Shown: in pieces, positions 20,601-35,600 of the stretch
Layout: the number at the start of each line of letters is the position of its first letter
Position numbering within the stretch: the stretch's first letter is position 1
Assembly: GCF_040938485.1 (NCBI RefSeq)
Contig: NW_027271250.1
Location: 1,302,001-1,366,000, forward strand
Direction of reading: 5' to 3'
DNA: 64,000 bases
Origin: Diadema antillarum
Lineage: Eukaryota
The notes under the pieces: model-generated
What the model was told of the DNA's origin: nothing
Database searches by the model: none
Seen by the model: only the letters and a program-made list of their open reading frames with translations
Program-made: the position numbers and the translations under genes

Positions 20601-23600
20601 AGAACATAGTCCTGTGGCAAAGTGTAATATAACATGAAATGGCCATTTTAAATGTTGGAGAATAGTATTAAGTGACTATTATCATAAAATATTCATTTGA
20701 ATGATTTTGTAATATCTACAGCAGAAATGTTAAAAAAGAAGTGAATGAAATCTGCATCAATTTTCTTCACATACTATTTTACATTCTAATTAAAATTATG
20801 TTAACATTAGTTTACTTGTTTATGCATGGTTTTTTTTGTGAAAATTAATATGAATGAAGGTATTTACATCAGCCCCATAATATCTATAAGCATTCATATC
20901 AACCAAAGAAAATGCTCGATATTTAACAAAAATTTATTTGCAACATATAAATAAGCAACAACACAATAATTGTGAAATAATTAACATTTTCTATTTGTAT
21001 CCAAGAATGAATTTCACGTTTTTCCTTTTTTTCTTGTTTAGGTAATGGTTTTCAGCTTTATTATATTCATTGTCATAATCACTTTAGCATGTCGTGGTAG
21101 GCAATGTTAAACTGCAAGAAGTTACTCAGCAAGAGAGCTTCTTTTTAAGTGAGGTTTGTTTTTATACATGCTGCTACTAGAGAATAGGAAATATGCTCCT
21201 TGTAGTACTAGATACAAATAGTTAATGGAGCGGCTTCAGTCCAACCTAAATAGCAAAATGACACTATAAGATGTCATATAAGTGTGATGATAAAACTCTT
21301 CCAAACTTGACAAATGATTACCTGGACAGTCATTTTCTGTACAGTGCCATATGGATCCATTACAGTAGCTAGAGGAGGCAAGCAAATAATAGAAGATTAC
21401 ATTGTCATCAAGATGCGTATCGTTGCTGGGGGCGACCTCATATCTGAAATTTTGGTGAAAATTACTTTTTGGGATTAATGGTCAGATAATCGGTTAAGTG
21501 ATGTCCTGTCCAAATCCTACCTGTCTTACCAAAAAAAAAAAAAGCCATCATGGCATTTTTAAAAAAGGAAATGCTCTTCCATTTGATGCAGTGCTTTGGC
21601 TACCATGTTTTTTTGCTCTCCTAAAAATTTGACATTTTGTAGATACGAGGTCTTGTCGCCCCAGCGATGATATACAAATGATGCACAGGATAGAGTGTGT
21701 TAGTGTAGGCGTAGAGTGCACTGGAGGGTATTTACAATTGTGAAACATGCACTACATTGTAAATACCTGAGAGTGAGCTACGCCTCCACTAACGCCACGA
21801 AATAATCCTGTGCATCATTTGTTTTATAAAATGGGTCGAAAATTCAAAAACTAACAGCATTTGTCAGCGTTTTTCATGTACCTTTGTGGGTCAAGACGTC
21901 CGAGGATGTTCGTCCCAAACATTTACGCACGTCGCACTCGGAAATCCCGCACATGTAAGTACTGTACGTATAAGCGTATACGTATGCCACATGATTGTTG
22001 TGCACAAGAAAGGCCGGCTGGCAGCCCGAACGAGAAGTTGTTTACAGGATTGACAGCGCGTATCGTAGCGCGCGACGCACTTGTAACAACTGATTAAGTG
22101 CGCACTGCTAGTGTAAACATTGTGATGTCGGTGACTTTACGCTTTTTTGCAAGGCCGTGCATGATAGTAAAAATTAATGCACGCACACGTGACTCATTTC
22201 AGCGCTTCCAATTGGCTACATTCTTGAACCCATTTTATAATATATATCATAAGTTGCACCAAGCAATACATAAAATGAGGAACATATTGATACTATGGGA
22301 CCCTCGTTTTTCAACTATTCAACTACTCACTTATAACCCCAGAATCCAAATATCATTTGATACTTTCCAAATATTTAAATCAGAAACTGTTCCATTCATC
22401 AAGCACATACACACATACAAATTGAATCATGAATGACTACAGCTTCATGTAATGAAATTCCTACATTGAATTATGGATGACTACCGCTTTATGCAATGAA
22501 AAGTGGTGTAGGAACTGGGAAATCTAAATGTTATCACCAAGAAAATTATCCTGACTTATCCTTCATACATGACTTGAGTAAAAATTGAAGGTTTGATTGT
22601 GACCTTTCACCTCTCCTGTGGCTAAGGCTTTCAAATTATGTTGTAAAAATCCCCTGTTATACTTCAGCCTCTAACAAAGTGTAAAAAATGTTAAAAAGAG
22701 AGAAAAAACAACAACAACTGATACAATGTGTAGTTCATGGGTTGTTGGGTTAAGATATAAAATGAAAACTGTGGGATTTCAAGGCATAACGCTCTTTGTA
22801 TAACTGTACTTCAAAACACTTGATTTAAAACATGTACGGCTTTCATCATTTTATCCTAATATCGCTGAGCAAAACCTCAGGCACCTGATTTCCAAAGCTG
22901 TAAACATGTAGCATTGAAAATAGTATACCAGGTAACTTACCATTCATTACAGGTGTCTATCTTACAGATCTCTCCATGTTCATAGCGTCGGTCACCATGG
23001 TAACAAGGGCATTCTGAAGGCTGCACACAATTCTCCCCCTGCATGTCATCAAAAACAATGAAATGAGATTTCTTTCCCACTTGAATAAAAAGCAAATAGA
23101 ATACACAAAAACCATTTGCTGATACTGGATTCATACCTATCTTACAAGTACAACTGAAACATAGGTATTGCACCACACAAAATGAGCAGCAGCAGAATTC
23201 ACATGCCACGTGGGATAATTCTTTACTAGTATCTTCATTTTGATTTATCTTACACTTCACTTTTGATACCACAGTTCAGAATACAAGTGTGCATGTGTGT
23301 GTGTATGTTTGTAAGCCCTTTCTAGAGCTTTCTAGAGCTTTCTTTTCTGAAGCTAAAGTAAGAAGAGGGCAGGCATGATACTGTAAAACCAGAAATTTTT
23401 GCACACATGAAACTTTTACAAATTTCATGAGGAGCCAAGATTCACGAACAAAGTTTGTAAAATGTATGTGAAAGTTTTTGTCTACACAATGCACTGAACG
23501 CCGGTGGTGAAAAAGGCTGTCGGCTCCAATGTGCCTACGTTTCATGCTGCAAGTGTTTCTGGTTTTATAGTAGTTCATCTAGGATGGCTTTAGGGAAGCT

Positions 23601-26600
23601 CACACTCTGCGCCATATGCCTATTAACATCACAGTATGATAAAGAAGGCAGGAATAGTCGTTGTTACATGTAAGTTCTTAAAAAGTATTTGTGCATGTGA
23701 GGCATGCAAAGACACAAGCATGCTATGCAAGTGACTTACATCTAGCAGATAGCCATCAGGGCATGTGCATCCAGGACCGTCCTCCACTGCACAGCTGAAG
23801 CCATGGGCAATGCTCTCACAGGTCAAAGGGCATCCTGGGGCGAGGTCATCGTAGAGCTGGTTGCTAGGACACATGTCACTCACATTGCATCGCTCTCCCT
23901 CACATTGGAATGTGCCATTAAGGCAAGTACTGTGTAAAAATCAAAGCAAAACAAAACAAAACAAAAAATTTACATACTCTTATCAGGTGTATTTGACTAC
24001 ACAAGATGGTAGCTCCTGGTAAAGTGAGGTTAATATTGACACTAAACAAGACCAAAAAATAAAAAATTAAAAAAATATACATATATCACTCTATAACCCT
24101 CATTCTCAGCTCACTGACAGGACAGGGCTGTGATTGGAGAGTACGGAAATCTGTAATCATAAAGCTTCTTAGTAACCATTTTACAGTCAAACCTGTTTAC
24201 AGCAGGTCTGACTATATTTGCAATTGCTATTCTACTCTGGTATGCACCATCCTTTCATCTGTCAAACAATATCAATTTCATGAAATATGTTTCCTATAGT
24301 TCAAACATATAGAACACTCAAATGTTCAATTTGATATTGCTTCAAGATGTTTTGGTTGAACTAATTATAAATTATGACACATCCAATTTGGGCTTAAAGG
24401 TCCCTCCCCCCCTTTTTTTTCTTGGAGATGTTTACATACCATTCTTGGCACATCTGTTCAACTAGAGAACCAGGTGGATATGACTGCTCCTGGTAGTGGC
24501 AGGGGCAGTTGCTGGGGGAAATACAGTTCCCCTCGTCATCCAGCACTGTACCAGCCGGACAGTTGCAGCCCTCCACGCATTCATTGGTCTCTGCGCAGGT
24601 CACTGAAAGGTCGCGACACGTCCCAGCACATGTCGACCCACACTGCTCATAGACCTGACCTCCCTCACATTGGACATCTGGTGACAGATATAAGATTTAA
24701 AGATTATTGTCAAATACATTGTACAATTTCCTAGCATACAATGATATTACAATCATCATTAGAGCTAATATTCAATTGAAAATTTGTAAACATGGATTCA
24801 GGTATATGACTGAGGTTCATCCATCATGTTGACCAAACTGGTCAAAATGAGACTTTTTCTTTTTCATAAGACAGCACAGTTCATCTTTTGAATTTGAAAC
24901 TAATGCCTGGATGTATTTAAATATAAGTCAATACACATTATAAAGACATTGAGTGACTTAAGCTACAGTCTTGTTTATCACTTGAATTGATTGAGGAAAA
25001 GAATGAAATGTCCTTTCTCACACAGATATGAAAAGATTTTGTTGATTGGAAGGAAATGACTGGTATGCATGCTTGCAGGCTAAGATGAATAAAGGTCCAT
25101 GAATGGTATGATGCCTGAGCTTGTCCTGTCCAAATATTTCATCACTTCCATGTGTCTCTGAAGTTGATGATCATTCTTACAACAATGGCTGCTAAAAACC
25201 ATAGAGTTTGTGATTCTGACTTGTCATCATCGATCTTAATACTCACTGCAGTAATCCGCAATGGCAGAATGGGCTCTCCAGTCAACATAGATGCCCTCAT
25301 TGGCACAGTCGGTGGCGTAACCAGCGATGACCTCACACAGGCACTCCACAGTGTGCGTCGCGTCGCAGCCACACACGTCGTAGAGGCACATGTCGTAGTA
25401 CATGTCGGGGCTGACGCTGCCATGGCAGGGCCTGAAGACATCCCCATTGATGACGCCGCACTTTTCTGCTGCGAAGGTCTCCATGTGGGAGTTCAGGCTG
25501 CAGGGGGAGAGGGGAAGGGTAGGCTCCGTCTCTTGGCAGTCCGGGTCCACAGCAAACTTGTTGGCAAAAGCGATCACGCTCGATTCAATGTCGCCAGCTG
25601 GTGTCATGAAGTCATTGTTCTGGTTGGAATCGAAAGTTCCGCATAGACCTCGCACCTGAACAACAAAACGATAAAGAAGGGATTTAAGTCACTCATTGTC
25701 TTGCATCGGCAGTTTGGTTATAAGTTTTAGACATGCAAATTCTTACTTTCAGATTCTTCTTTCCTATCAAATCAATATATCCGTCTTTGTTCTTCATCCA
25801 TAGTGCCCCGAAACTTACTCTTGGTCATCGTTTTTATAACTGCTATGGAGATCATAGAGCCTTCCATGGTGGTGCCCCTAAACTATGGAATAACCTCCAC
25901 GCTTAAACTCAACAGTCCCAAACCATGGAAACATTTCACATTTTCTATATCAAGTACTTAGGAATATTTTGTACAGAATGCTTTAAAAAGGTTGCTTATC
26001 ATTAATATTGATAATCATTATTATCGCTATCATAACACATAGGTGTACTGTCAATACAATTTAAAATACACTATCAAGCTGGTACCTGCAAGGTTACAAC
26101 TATGCTGTTGTTAAAAATAAAACCAAAGTTCTTATGAAGAGTCAATAATAGCAGAGATTTATCTTGGAGATGTACATGCATAGCGCATGCTTGACAGAAC
26201 AAAAGTCATAACATATCATTCAGTGGTCCAACAATTTGTTAAGTAAATATCTGCTCAATTCATGACTAAGACCAGGAGTTTAAGACCTGGTTAAAAACTC
26301 AACTTTTGAAAAATGCTACTTAGATTTGAATTATGCATGCCATGACTACTATTTTACAATGGGCAGTAGAGTATATCATTACAGTAGCTGTGCAATATGA
26401 ATGTCCTTTATCATTATCATCATCATTTATTGTTACAATAGCTCTCCATTTTTGACAATGATGAGAGTGATAGTCTGATGCCAATACCCAAGTCATATCA
26501 TCATATCTACAGCAAACATCTATACAATCATTGGAGTATCAACCTTGATATAAAAACATACCCTGTGCATATACTGTGGATAGAGTGTGATGTACAGTCT

Positions 26601-29600
26601 GTTGATGCCATCCCACTTCACAAGGAATCCGTTGCCCTCGACAAAGACAAACTTGGAAGACGCCCTTCGTACGATCACCTCACCGTTCGAGTATGGGAGC
26701 AGAACCTCCTCACCATTGACAAAGACAGCTCGTTCCTGCTTCAGGTCAATTGGCGACGTACCATTTACAATGACAGTGGCCGACTTGGTGCAGGTGACTG
26801 TTCGTGATGAGCGCATGTTGCACTCAACATTTTCAGCTAGAACAGTCAGGTATTGCTCAACAAAGTCCTATGGTGAGAGCAAGTTGAGAAAAAAGTTACA
26901 ATAAAACGTTCTTTTATCCCCTCTGAATATCTAGGATTCTCCTAATTACCCTCATGCAAAAAAACAAAACAAAACAACGAAATTTACTTCACCACATGCA
27001 TTTTTCACAGTAACCATTATTATATCATGATATTGCATATCATTACAACATACTTCAAAATTAACAAACCAACTTTACTCATTGCTTTTTGCTCAGTAGC
27101 ATCCTTGACTACTGGGTTGATATCAAGGCTAAATACATGTGGTCCATAAAAGCATGGTCAATTTGCAATGATGGATTTATACATGCATACATTGTTCTTC
27201 GATTTGGTTGCAACGCAGCAATGTGTGAGGAAGGCATTCAACCTTTAAAATGAGTACACTTCCATTCTGAGGTCTTAAAGATGTACTGCAAACTCAGAGA
27301 GACAACTTCTCAGCATGGTGTGTACCTCAACGAGAATGTAGCGACAGCCTCCCTGGAAGTTGTACTGCTTCTTGTCAAAGGTCAGGTAGTGTGGATCACC
27401 GACAGACTGACAGGTCGCCTGGCAGGGGGACTGGTCACAATCCCAAATCCCTCCAAGACATGTGCTGAAAATAACGTGATAAGCTTTCATTGTTTCTCAA
27501 TGAGCACTTCATCAGATTTCTTTTCATTAATTGCTTTCTTGCTAACATGTTCACATTATTGGTATAAATGGAATGTTTGTTGTCAAAACTTTTATAGATG
27601 TATAACATTGAGAGCACAAGGTGCATTTGAGATATACATATTGCAGTGTACCGAGTTTGAAGATGCTTATGGAATCAAATTAATAATCATTACAATAATT
27701 TTGGGATTACACATTGTTTTTCTTTGCATTAACACGACAAAGTACACAATGTAATTAAGCGGTAAAATTATTAATTACCATGCCTATGAAGAATACAATA
27801 TGATGGGTAGGAGATTCATAACTCCTACAAATCTTAAGACAGCATTGGATTAAATCAAATTTTGTGATGAACTTCTTTGGAAACTCATTGCAAATCAAGT
27901 TTGCATTTGTTAAATGTGACTGTTAATTGTTTCTTTATGGTAAGATTTACGTACATGCAAACATACAAAACATTGTATGCAAACACTTTGCAATGTACTC
28001 ATATCTTCCTTGTAACTCGAAAAAGAATGTTATCGAAAGCATTAGATTTTTCAACTCTGAAAGTTGCATTACACATGGATTTCTAAAAAATACTAACCAG
28101 AGGTTACACTTTGACCTGACTGTTCCTCCTGGTGGATACTTCTCCCGATTGTGCACACAGGGGCACTGGTCAGCGGTGATGCAGCGGCCATTGTCCAGGA
28201 CAGTGCCTTCTGGACACTGGCAGCCGCTGACACAGTCCGCTGGGCAGTGTTTGGCCATCTCCACTGGGTCCTGGGCTTCACAGGTTACAGGACACAGTGT
28301 GCTGCAGTCACTGTACTCCATAATGTCTGGACACTGCTTGGCTGGGATAGGAAGCAATGCCAGGTTCAGAGTAGCAGGGTACTTAATTTTCATCTCATTT
28401 GCAGAGAAAATTTCATTTGAATGAAGCAAGTACTGATGAGGTATCTTTGTATCAATTACATTTATTGAGCTGATCAAAGTTCAGTTTCAAGAAATCAATA
28501 TTGAAATTAATGGGAATTAATTACAATTTACATACAGTAAAACGTATTTGCATGACAGTTTTGAAGGGAAACACACTTACTGCAGCTTAAAATGACTACC
28601 ATTTACTGAACAAGTAGAGCATTCACTTCAGGGTCACACAGTGTTACTTTTAACAGTGCACAATAATAATGAATCTTTCCCTCCTTAGGTATATCTCTGA
28701 GGTGTACTACTGTAAGATTTTATACACCATGCTGGTTGACATTATTCTTCAATCATGCAAAATTCTGTGATGTTTGCAAGAGGGATATATGAAAACCATG
28801 TCATCAGCTGATGGTAAACTTTCCTCCTTGTGTCTGATTCAATCATACAGGTAATCATCTTGACCAGTTGAAGACTAGTCCCAATATACTCTGACAAGCG
28901 TCTATCAGAAACATGTACTATAGCTATAATCTAAACCATCTTGTCCTCAATGAGGTAACTTACGGCAGAAATCCTGTGTCCTCCAGTCTAGGACCACACT
29001 CTCCATGGCACACTGACGAGAGTAGGCATTGAGGGAGACACACAGGGCATCCATCATCAGGTCATCTGACTCCCCAAACTGACAGAGATCATACTCACAG
29101 CTCTTCACAAACACTGTCGGGTCATACTGTGTTTACGCAGTAAAGTAAAGTAGGAAAAGAAAAATAAGCATTTATCAGGAAGCAGACACACAATATCTTG
29201 CATCACAGAGCCAACAAAATGTCCTTGCATAAGATTTATGGTTGTTGTTGTTTGTGTTTTTTTTTTGCTTGTTTGTTTCTGTGGCTTGTCCGTTTATTTT
29301 TTTTTTTAGCTTTTTATCCAGTCGAATTTGTAATAAACATAAACTTAAATAACCTGTTTGTTTTTTTAAGTAAACAAAACAAAAAAGTGATAGGAAACAG
29401 TGCAGCTTCAAATGATAATTCTTCATATCAAGCAATATCTATCAAAGAACACTTTCGATGTTATTTGTACTGTGAATTACTCAGCATTAAGCCAGACATC
29501 AGAAATCAGATCATACTTCTGAAAATTTTTTGGACTGTTGCATAAAACAACCATCTATAGGCCAATATCTGATGAGTCATTAAAGACCCGTCGCACCAAT

Positions 29601-32600
29601 GTGGTATCTACTATATAATCACTCCTAAACACAATATCAGGAACCATTTTCAGTCACACTCCTTTTGGAGCTCAATCTACAGAGAAAGCTAGCATAAAAT
29701 ATACATCACTGGCATACGACTCACATCAGCATGACACTGTTGAAACTCGACAGCTTCATTGAGAACCTGACACAGACTCCTGGCGGTCGCAAGGCGAGTT
29801 GGATGAACGTCACAGGGGTGTGTATCAACAATCGCCTGGCATACCTTTCAAGATAGCAAGTGATATTTTAACATATCAAAAAGCTGCTGCTCAGAAAATG
29901 TAATGGTTGAAACAAACTAACATTGTGATCCTGTTAACACCATAATAATATTATTTGATGGAAATGCAGTCATTATGATCAAAGCCCCTGATATTTCTAA
30001 CCAATGAATCAAACAGACAGATATTTTGTCTTCTTTACAACAATGTGCAATTTTGCAGGATCTGCAGAAATTGTGATTTCGAAAAAGACTACAGCTTTGA
30101 AATGAAAACATAGATCCTACTTGGAATATGCTAGAGTACGTAACAACAAGTTTAGTGTCTCCAGGGGAAAAAAAAGTGCTGGAAGACTGAACTGGACACT
30201 GCCTGCACAAGAACTGCAAAGAAAATACACAAATTCACACTTCTCCTTTCCATGGCACAACATGTATTTTTGTACTGTTCATAGATTACCCAGTATTGTT
30301 GGTCATTCATTACCAGGCTTGAACCACAAAGGGTTGTTATCTCTGGCCCATTTTCCTGTGCATACATGAGACTAATAAAATTCACATGGTTTGCATTCTC
30401 TTCTTTCATGTAGAAGTGAAGTGGGGTTTGTTGCATGCAAACAGATATTACCATAAACATTAATGCTGTGTGTGCAGTGTTTGTTTCGGTCTAATCTTAA
30501 CAAAATGGTACCTGTCTTACCTCTCCTGGATATGGAACTTCCCAGGATGTTGCCAGCTGGGCAGGGTAGGAGGCATAGTCTCCACTTCTCATCATCCAGT
30601 CATCTGTTGTCATATACAAAGTGTGCAGAAAGGAGTTATGAATATCATTTCCACTTTTTAACAGTACATTATATATACTCGGCAAAATCATCCTCACAAC
30701 TGAAAAAACAGCTATAATAATTGGAAAGGAGAGTTATTCATTGGTCTTGTCATGTCTTAGAGCATGTTTTGTACTTACAGCTCATATATACAGGATACAT
30801 GTATATTACATGTTTACAAAAATGTTTTCATTCAAAGCACTCCCACACCTACATTGTATTACAGATATGTAGTAGTGTGCTAATCTTTCATTGTGCTTGC
30901 TTTATACTTTGATGGGTATTGCAGATCTTTGTAGGCATTGTATATAGTTATGAAGTTACAAGTAAAATGCAGGAGATCACTGGATGGTGTAATTTCTATT
31001 GTCTTTTTTCCCCCTCCTATTCATGAAAGTACTTAATTTAGTACATATCCTAAAAAGCTTGTTTGGGCTACTGCATTTGGCATTCAATGCAGTAAATAAC
31101 TCCAGCTCGAATAGGACTGTAAACTTGGGGAGAATACAGGGATAATATCATAATACATGTCGCATGAAAAAAGGAGGTGCAATTTCTTTGACACATTATC
31201 CGTAAATGCAGCATTCTGTGTTTGAATTGGGTCAGGTTTGATCCATGCAAATAAACTGCCTTACCACCAAATTCATTAAAAAACTAGAGAAGCACTCTGA
31301 GAGTGCAGACCTCCACCAGGCATGCAGATCATTTCCACCACTAATCTTGTTCTTCCATAGAGATTTTTACCCATACATACTTATAGCATTGTGTGCCGAA
31401 AGTGGCCCGATTTCCCAATATAAAAGCCTTTGTTACATTATAAAACCTCAGCTGCACGGCGCACCTCGCCCTAGTAGAAACCAAAGGTAGAAACCAAAGA
31501 CACTTAAACTACAGCACGCACTCTAGTGCGCGCATGCAAACCTCAAATACACGCAGCCTGAACTCCCAAGTTCATTGACCCTACCTGCCAAAATATCAAA
31601 AATCCTTCATAAATTCCCCCAAAATTCTCGGATCACTACCAAAATTTGATCACCTGTTACTTGTATCATTCTAAAACTTTCCTGCAAGTTTCATCCAAAT
31701 CCGTTTACTACTTTTTGAGTTATTTTGCACAAGGACAAACACACAAACACAAAAACCACCGGTACCTTCCTTGGCAGACATAACAAATGATTCTCTGTAA
31801 TCATATCTTGTTAACTGTTACAGATCTACATGCATATAAAGAGACATAGAACATACTCTCTGGATTGTCATCATACATTCCACAAAGGCCAATTGTGGAC
31901 TCTCTAAGCTCAGCTAGCACAGTGACGTACACCGTCATGTTGGTGTCCCATCGGGCCAGAACACCAAGGGTAGACTCCAGGAAAGTGAATTCTCCTGCCT
32001 TCTTGAGTGAGATGCCTGGAGGGAGAATACAGAGAATGAGAACTCATCCTTTAAAAGTTGTGCATTACTCTGGCCTCTGCAGTCTGAAGTACTTTGGGAA
32101 CATTTCGTCACATAGTACAATGTATGTCATCTGCTTCAAACTATAGGGATGATAAGTAGAGGTAGGTAGAATAATCAATATGGTGGTAAAAAGCTGCCTA
32201 TGAATACTTCCATCAATTTCAGAGCCAAGTAAAGGCACATGACAATTTATGACTACACTGACAAAATGTACCTATCAAACATATAATATACATTTGCCCT
32301 TGTCAAAGATGTCACTCTATAGTTTATAAGAACATGTGGATGAATGCATCTGTCTGTATGGAGCTAATTGTAGGCTAGCAGGCTGCAACTTTGCTCTGGA
32401 CAGATTTCGGATAAGATGAGAATATTTACAGGGATGAAACTGGACAACTGGTTGACAGTGATAGTTTAGTACATGAGTGATTTATGCAGATTGCTGTGAC
32501 ATTAAGCTGTTCCTTCAGAAATGCAGTCCCTAAAGTCAGAAAATCAAACACAAGTCTCTGAATAATTGGTTATGATTGGCTGATACCTGACTTATGTTTG

Positions 32601-35600
32601 ATTGCATCTTTTTATGCGACAGGGCCCTGGATTACTAACATAGGTGCTTGACAAAGGACAAATTTACCATTTTCCATGAAAGGAAATGAGACCATTGGAT
32701 TGTCATTGATGGAGACCATGTTCAGCTCTACTGTGATGACATCTAGCCCCAGGATGAACTCCAGACTCTGTCATAAAAGAATATATACAGCAAGGAAAGA
32801 GAATACAATGTCAAGACACAGACAAAGACATAGAGACTGGGACATGATTCATACTTATTAACATACAGGTTCAGTATGAGACAGAACATTATTGCTTAAT
32901 TCACATCATGATGTCTCCAAAAGGAGTAGGTAGCATAGAATGGGCATCTTGGGCAGCATACTGTTAGACAATCTGTTTTCTCTGACTGACAAATCAATTT
33001 CCCTTTGGCTCATGATAAACAAAGTATAATGCAGAGGAGAGGGCATAAAATGATGCAACAAGGACTCATATATTTCAGATGATATGTAACTATTATAACC
33101 ATCATGTTTGATGCATTTCAGTATTGCAATCATTTCACAACGTACAGCAATCATTTCACAACACCGTTACAATATGCAATTTAACCCAAATCCTGTTATC
33201 ACTAAAAAATGCCCGAATGTCAGAATCTGAAAAGATCATTTACTAACCTTAAGGAAATGAGATCACAAGTAAGAAGGATATGCAGAGATGAAGGTTCATA
33301 TGCAAAGGGCCATGAAGCTAATTCAAAAGCTGTTATGTACACAGAGGCTCATGGCAACATACGTACAGCAAGACCATTAGGAATTTCATTCTGCCCACAT
33401 CTGATTAAACTTACCTTGAAGCATGTAGAAAGGACATCACAGTCCTTGTTCCGGATAGTCACTTGCCAGGTTCCATCCAGGGCTGCAGCCAGGGTGTAGG
33501 AACAGGTTCCAGAGAAGCTATAGAATGTCCCATCAAAGGTCATAAAGTGATCACTACTCCAGGAGGCACATGTTGCTGATGTTCGCAGGGCAAGGGAGTT
33601 GTTCACTGCTGCAGCAACCTCCAGGGGGTGCTGGTGTGGATCAGTAAATGACCATGTTGCTGGCGGTGGTTGGGTTGTAAAAAACTCTGGCTCACCAACG
33701 TCTGTAGGGTAGTCAGACTCCTCATCTTGGGAACCTCCTGCAGATGAGTGGAACAGTGAGATCCAGCTTGGTACAGACAGCTCTGATGCAAGGTTTATAT
33801 CACTTTTTGAGGTGGATATGCCTGAAGTTGGTTTAGACTCTGTCAGTGGGGGGTTTGCAGTTGTGAACAATTCAGTGGGGACGACAAAGGGAGACCACAT
33901 GTCTATCAAAGACCGATAGGTATTTTGGTTGCCTTCAGACACTGACTCTTTTGGTTTAGAATGACTTCCACCTGAAGAGGTCTTTGAACTCTTTCCTGAT
34001 GTGTTATTGCTCTTCTTTGATGACTTCTCTCTAACGGAGTCAGCACTTGAAGACTTCTTTGAGTTAGATTTGCTTGCCTTGCCTGATTTCTTGGAGTCAT
34101 TTTTTCTCCCCTTGGAAGAAGAACCTTCAGATTCCTTAGACTCATTTTTACTGGCATTAGAAGAGTCTTTACTTTCCTTGGACTTGTCTGTGCCCTTTTC
34201 CTTTGAATTACGCTTTCTCTCTTTGGAAGAATTGTCACTCTCCCAAGACCTGTTCTTGCTAGATTCCTTAGACTTATTTCTACTGTGTGTTGAAGTTGAA
34301 TGTTTATCTTCTTTGGACTTGACCTTGCTAGATTCCTCGGAGTCATTCTTACTACCTTTAGAAGAACCTTTACTTTCTTCAGTCTTGTCTTTACTTGATT
34401 CATTCGAGACCTTCCCCTCTTTGGAAGATGAAACTTTCCTCTCTTTGGATTTGCTCTTACTTTTTTCCTCTGAGTTGTTCTTTCTCCCCTTGGAAGAAGA
34501 ACCTTCAGACTCCTTAGACTTGTTCGTGATGGATTCCTTAGACTCACCGTTAGCATCACTAGAAGAGCCTTTACTTTCCGTGGACTTGCCCTTGCTTTTT
34601 TCCTTTGAGTCGTTCTTTCTCCCCTTGGAAGAAGAACCTTCAGACTCCTTAGACTTATTCTTACTGCCTCTGGAGGATGAATCTCTATCTTCTTTGGACT
34701 TGCCCTTGCTAGATTCCTTGGAGTTGTCCTCACTGCCTTTAGAAGAACTTTTACCTTCTATAGTCTTATCGTTACTTGATTCTTTTGAGACCTTCCTCTC
34801 TTTGGAGGATGAAACTTTTCTCTCCTTGGATTTGTCCTTGCTTGACTCCTTGGAGTTATTCTTTCTCCCCTTGGAAGAAGAACCTTCAGACTCCCTAGAC
34901 TTGTCCTTACTAGATTCCTTAGACTTATTCTTACTTCCTCTAGAGGATGAATCTTTATCTTCTTTGGACTTGCCCTTGCTAGATTCCTCTGAGTCATTCA
35001 TACGGCCTTTAGAAGAACCTTTACTTTCTTCAGACTTATCTTTATTTGATTGTTTTGAGTCGACCTCCCTCTCTTTGGATGATGAAACTTTTCTCTCCTT
35101 AGATTTGTCCTTGCTTGATTCCTTGGAGTCATTCTTTCTCCCCTTGGAAGAAGAACCTTCAGACTCCTTAGACATGTTCATGCTAGATTCCTTAGACTTA
35201 TTCTTACTGCCTCTGGAGGAAGAATCTCTATCTTCTTCAGACTTGTCCTTGCTAGATTCCTCTGAGTCATTCATATGGCCTTTAGAAGAACCTTTACTTT
35301 CTTCAGACTTGTCTTTATTTGATTCTTTTGAGTCGATCTCCCTCTCTTTGGATGATGAAACTTTTCTCTCCTTAGATTTGTCCTTGCTTGATTCCTTGGA
35401 GTCATTCTTTCTCCCTTTGGAAGAAGAACCTTCAGACTCCTTAGACATGTTCATGCTAGATTCCTTAGACTTATTCTTACTGCCTCTGGAGGATGAATCT
35501 TTATCTTCTTTGGACTTGCCCTTGCTAGATTCCTCAGAGTCATTCTTACTGCCTTTAGAAGAACTTTCACTTTCTTTAGTCTTATCTTTACTTGATTTCT

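Noticed and set aside
25152-25659. Plus-strand ORFs of 164 and 85 aa
   Set aside because: Antisense to GC-richer exon 15, with no recognisable motifs.
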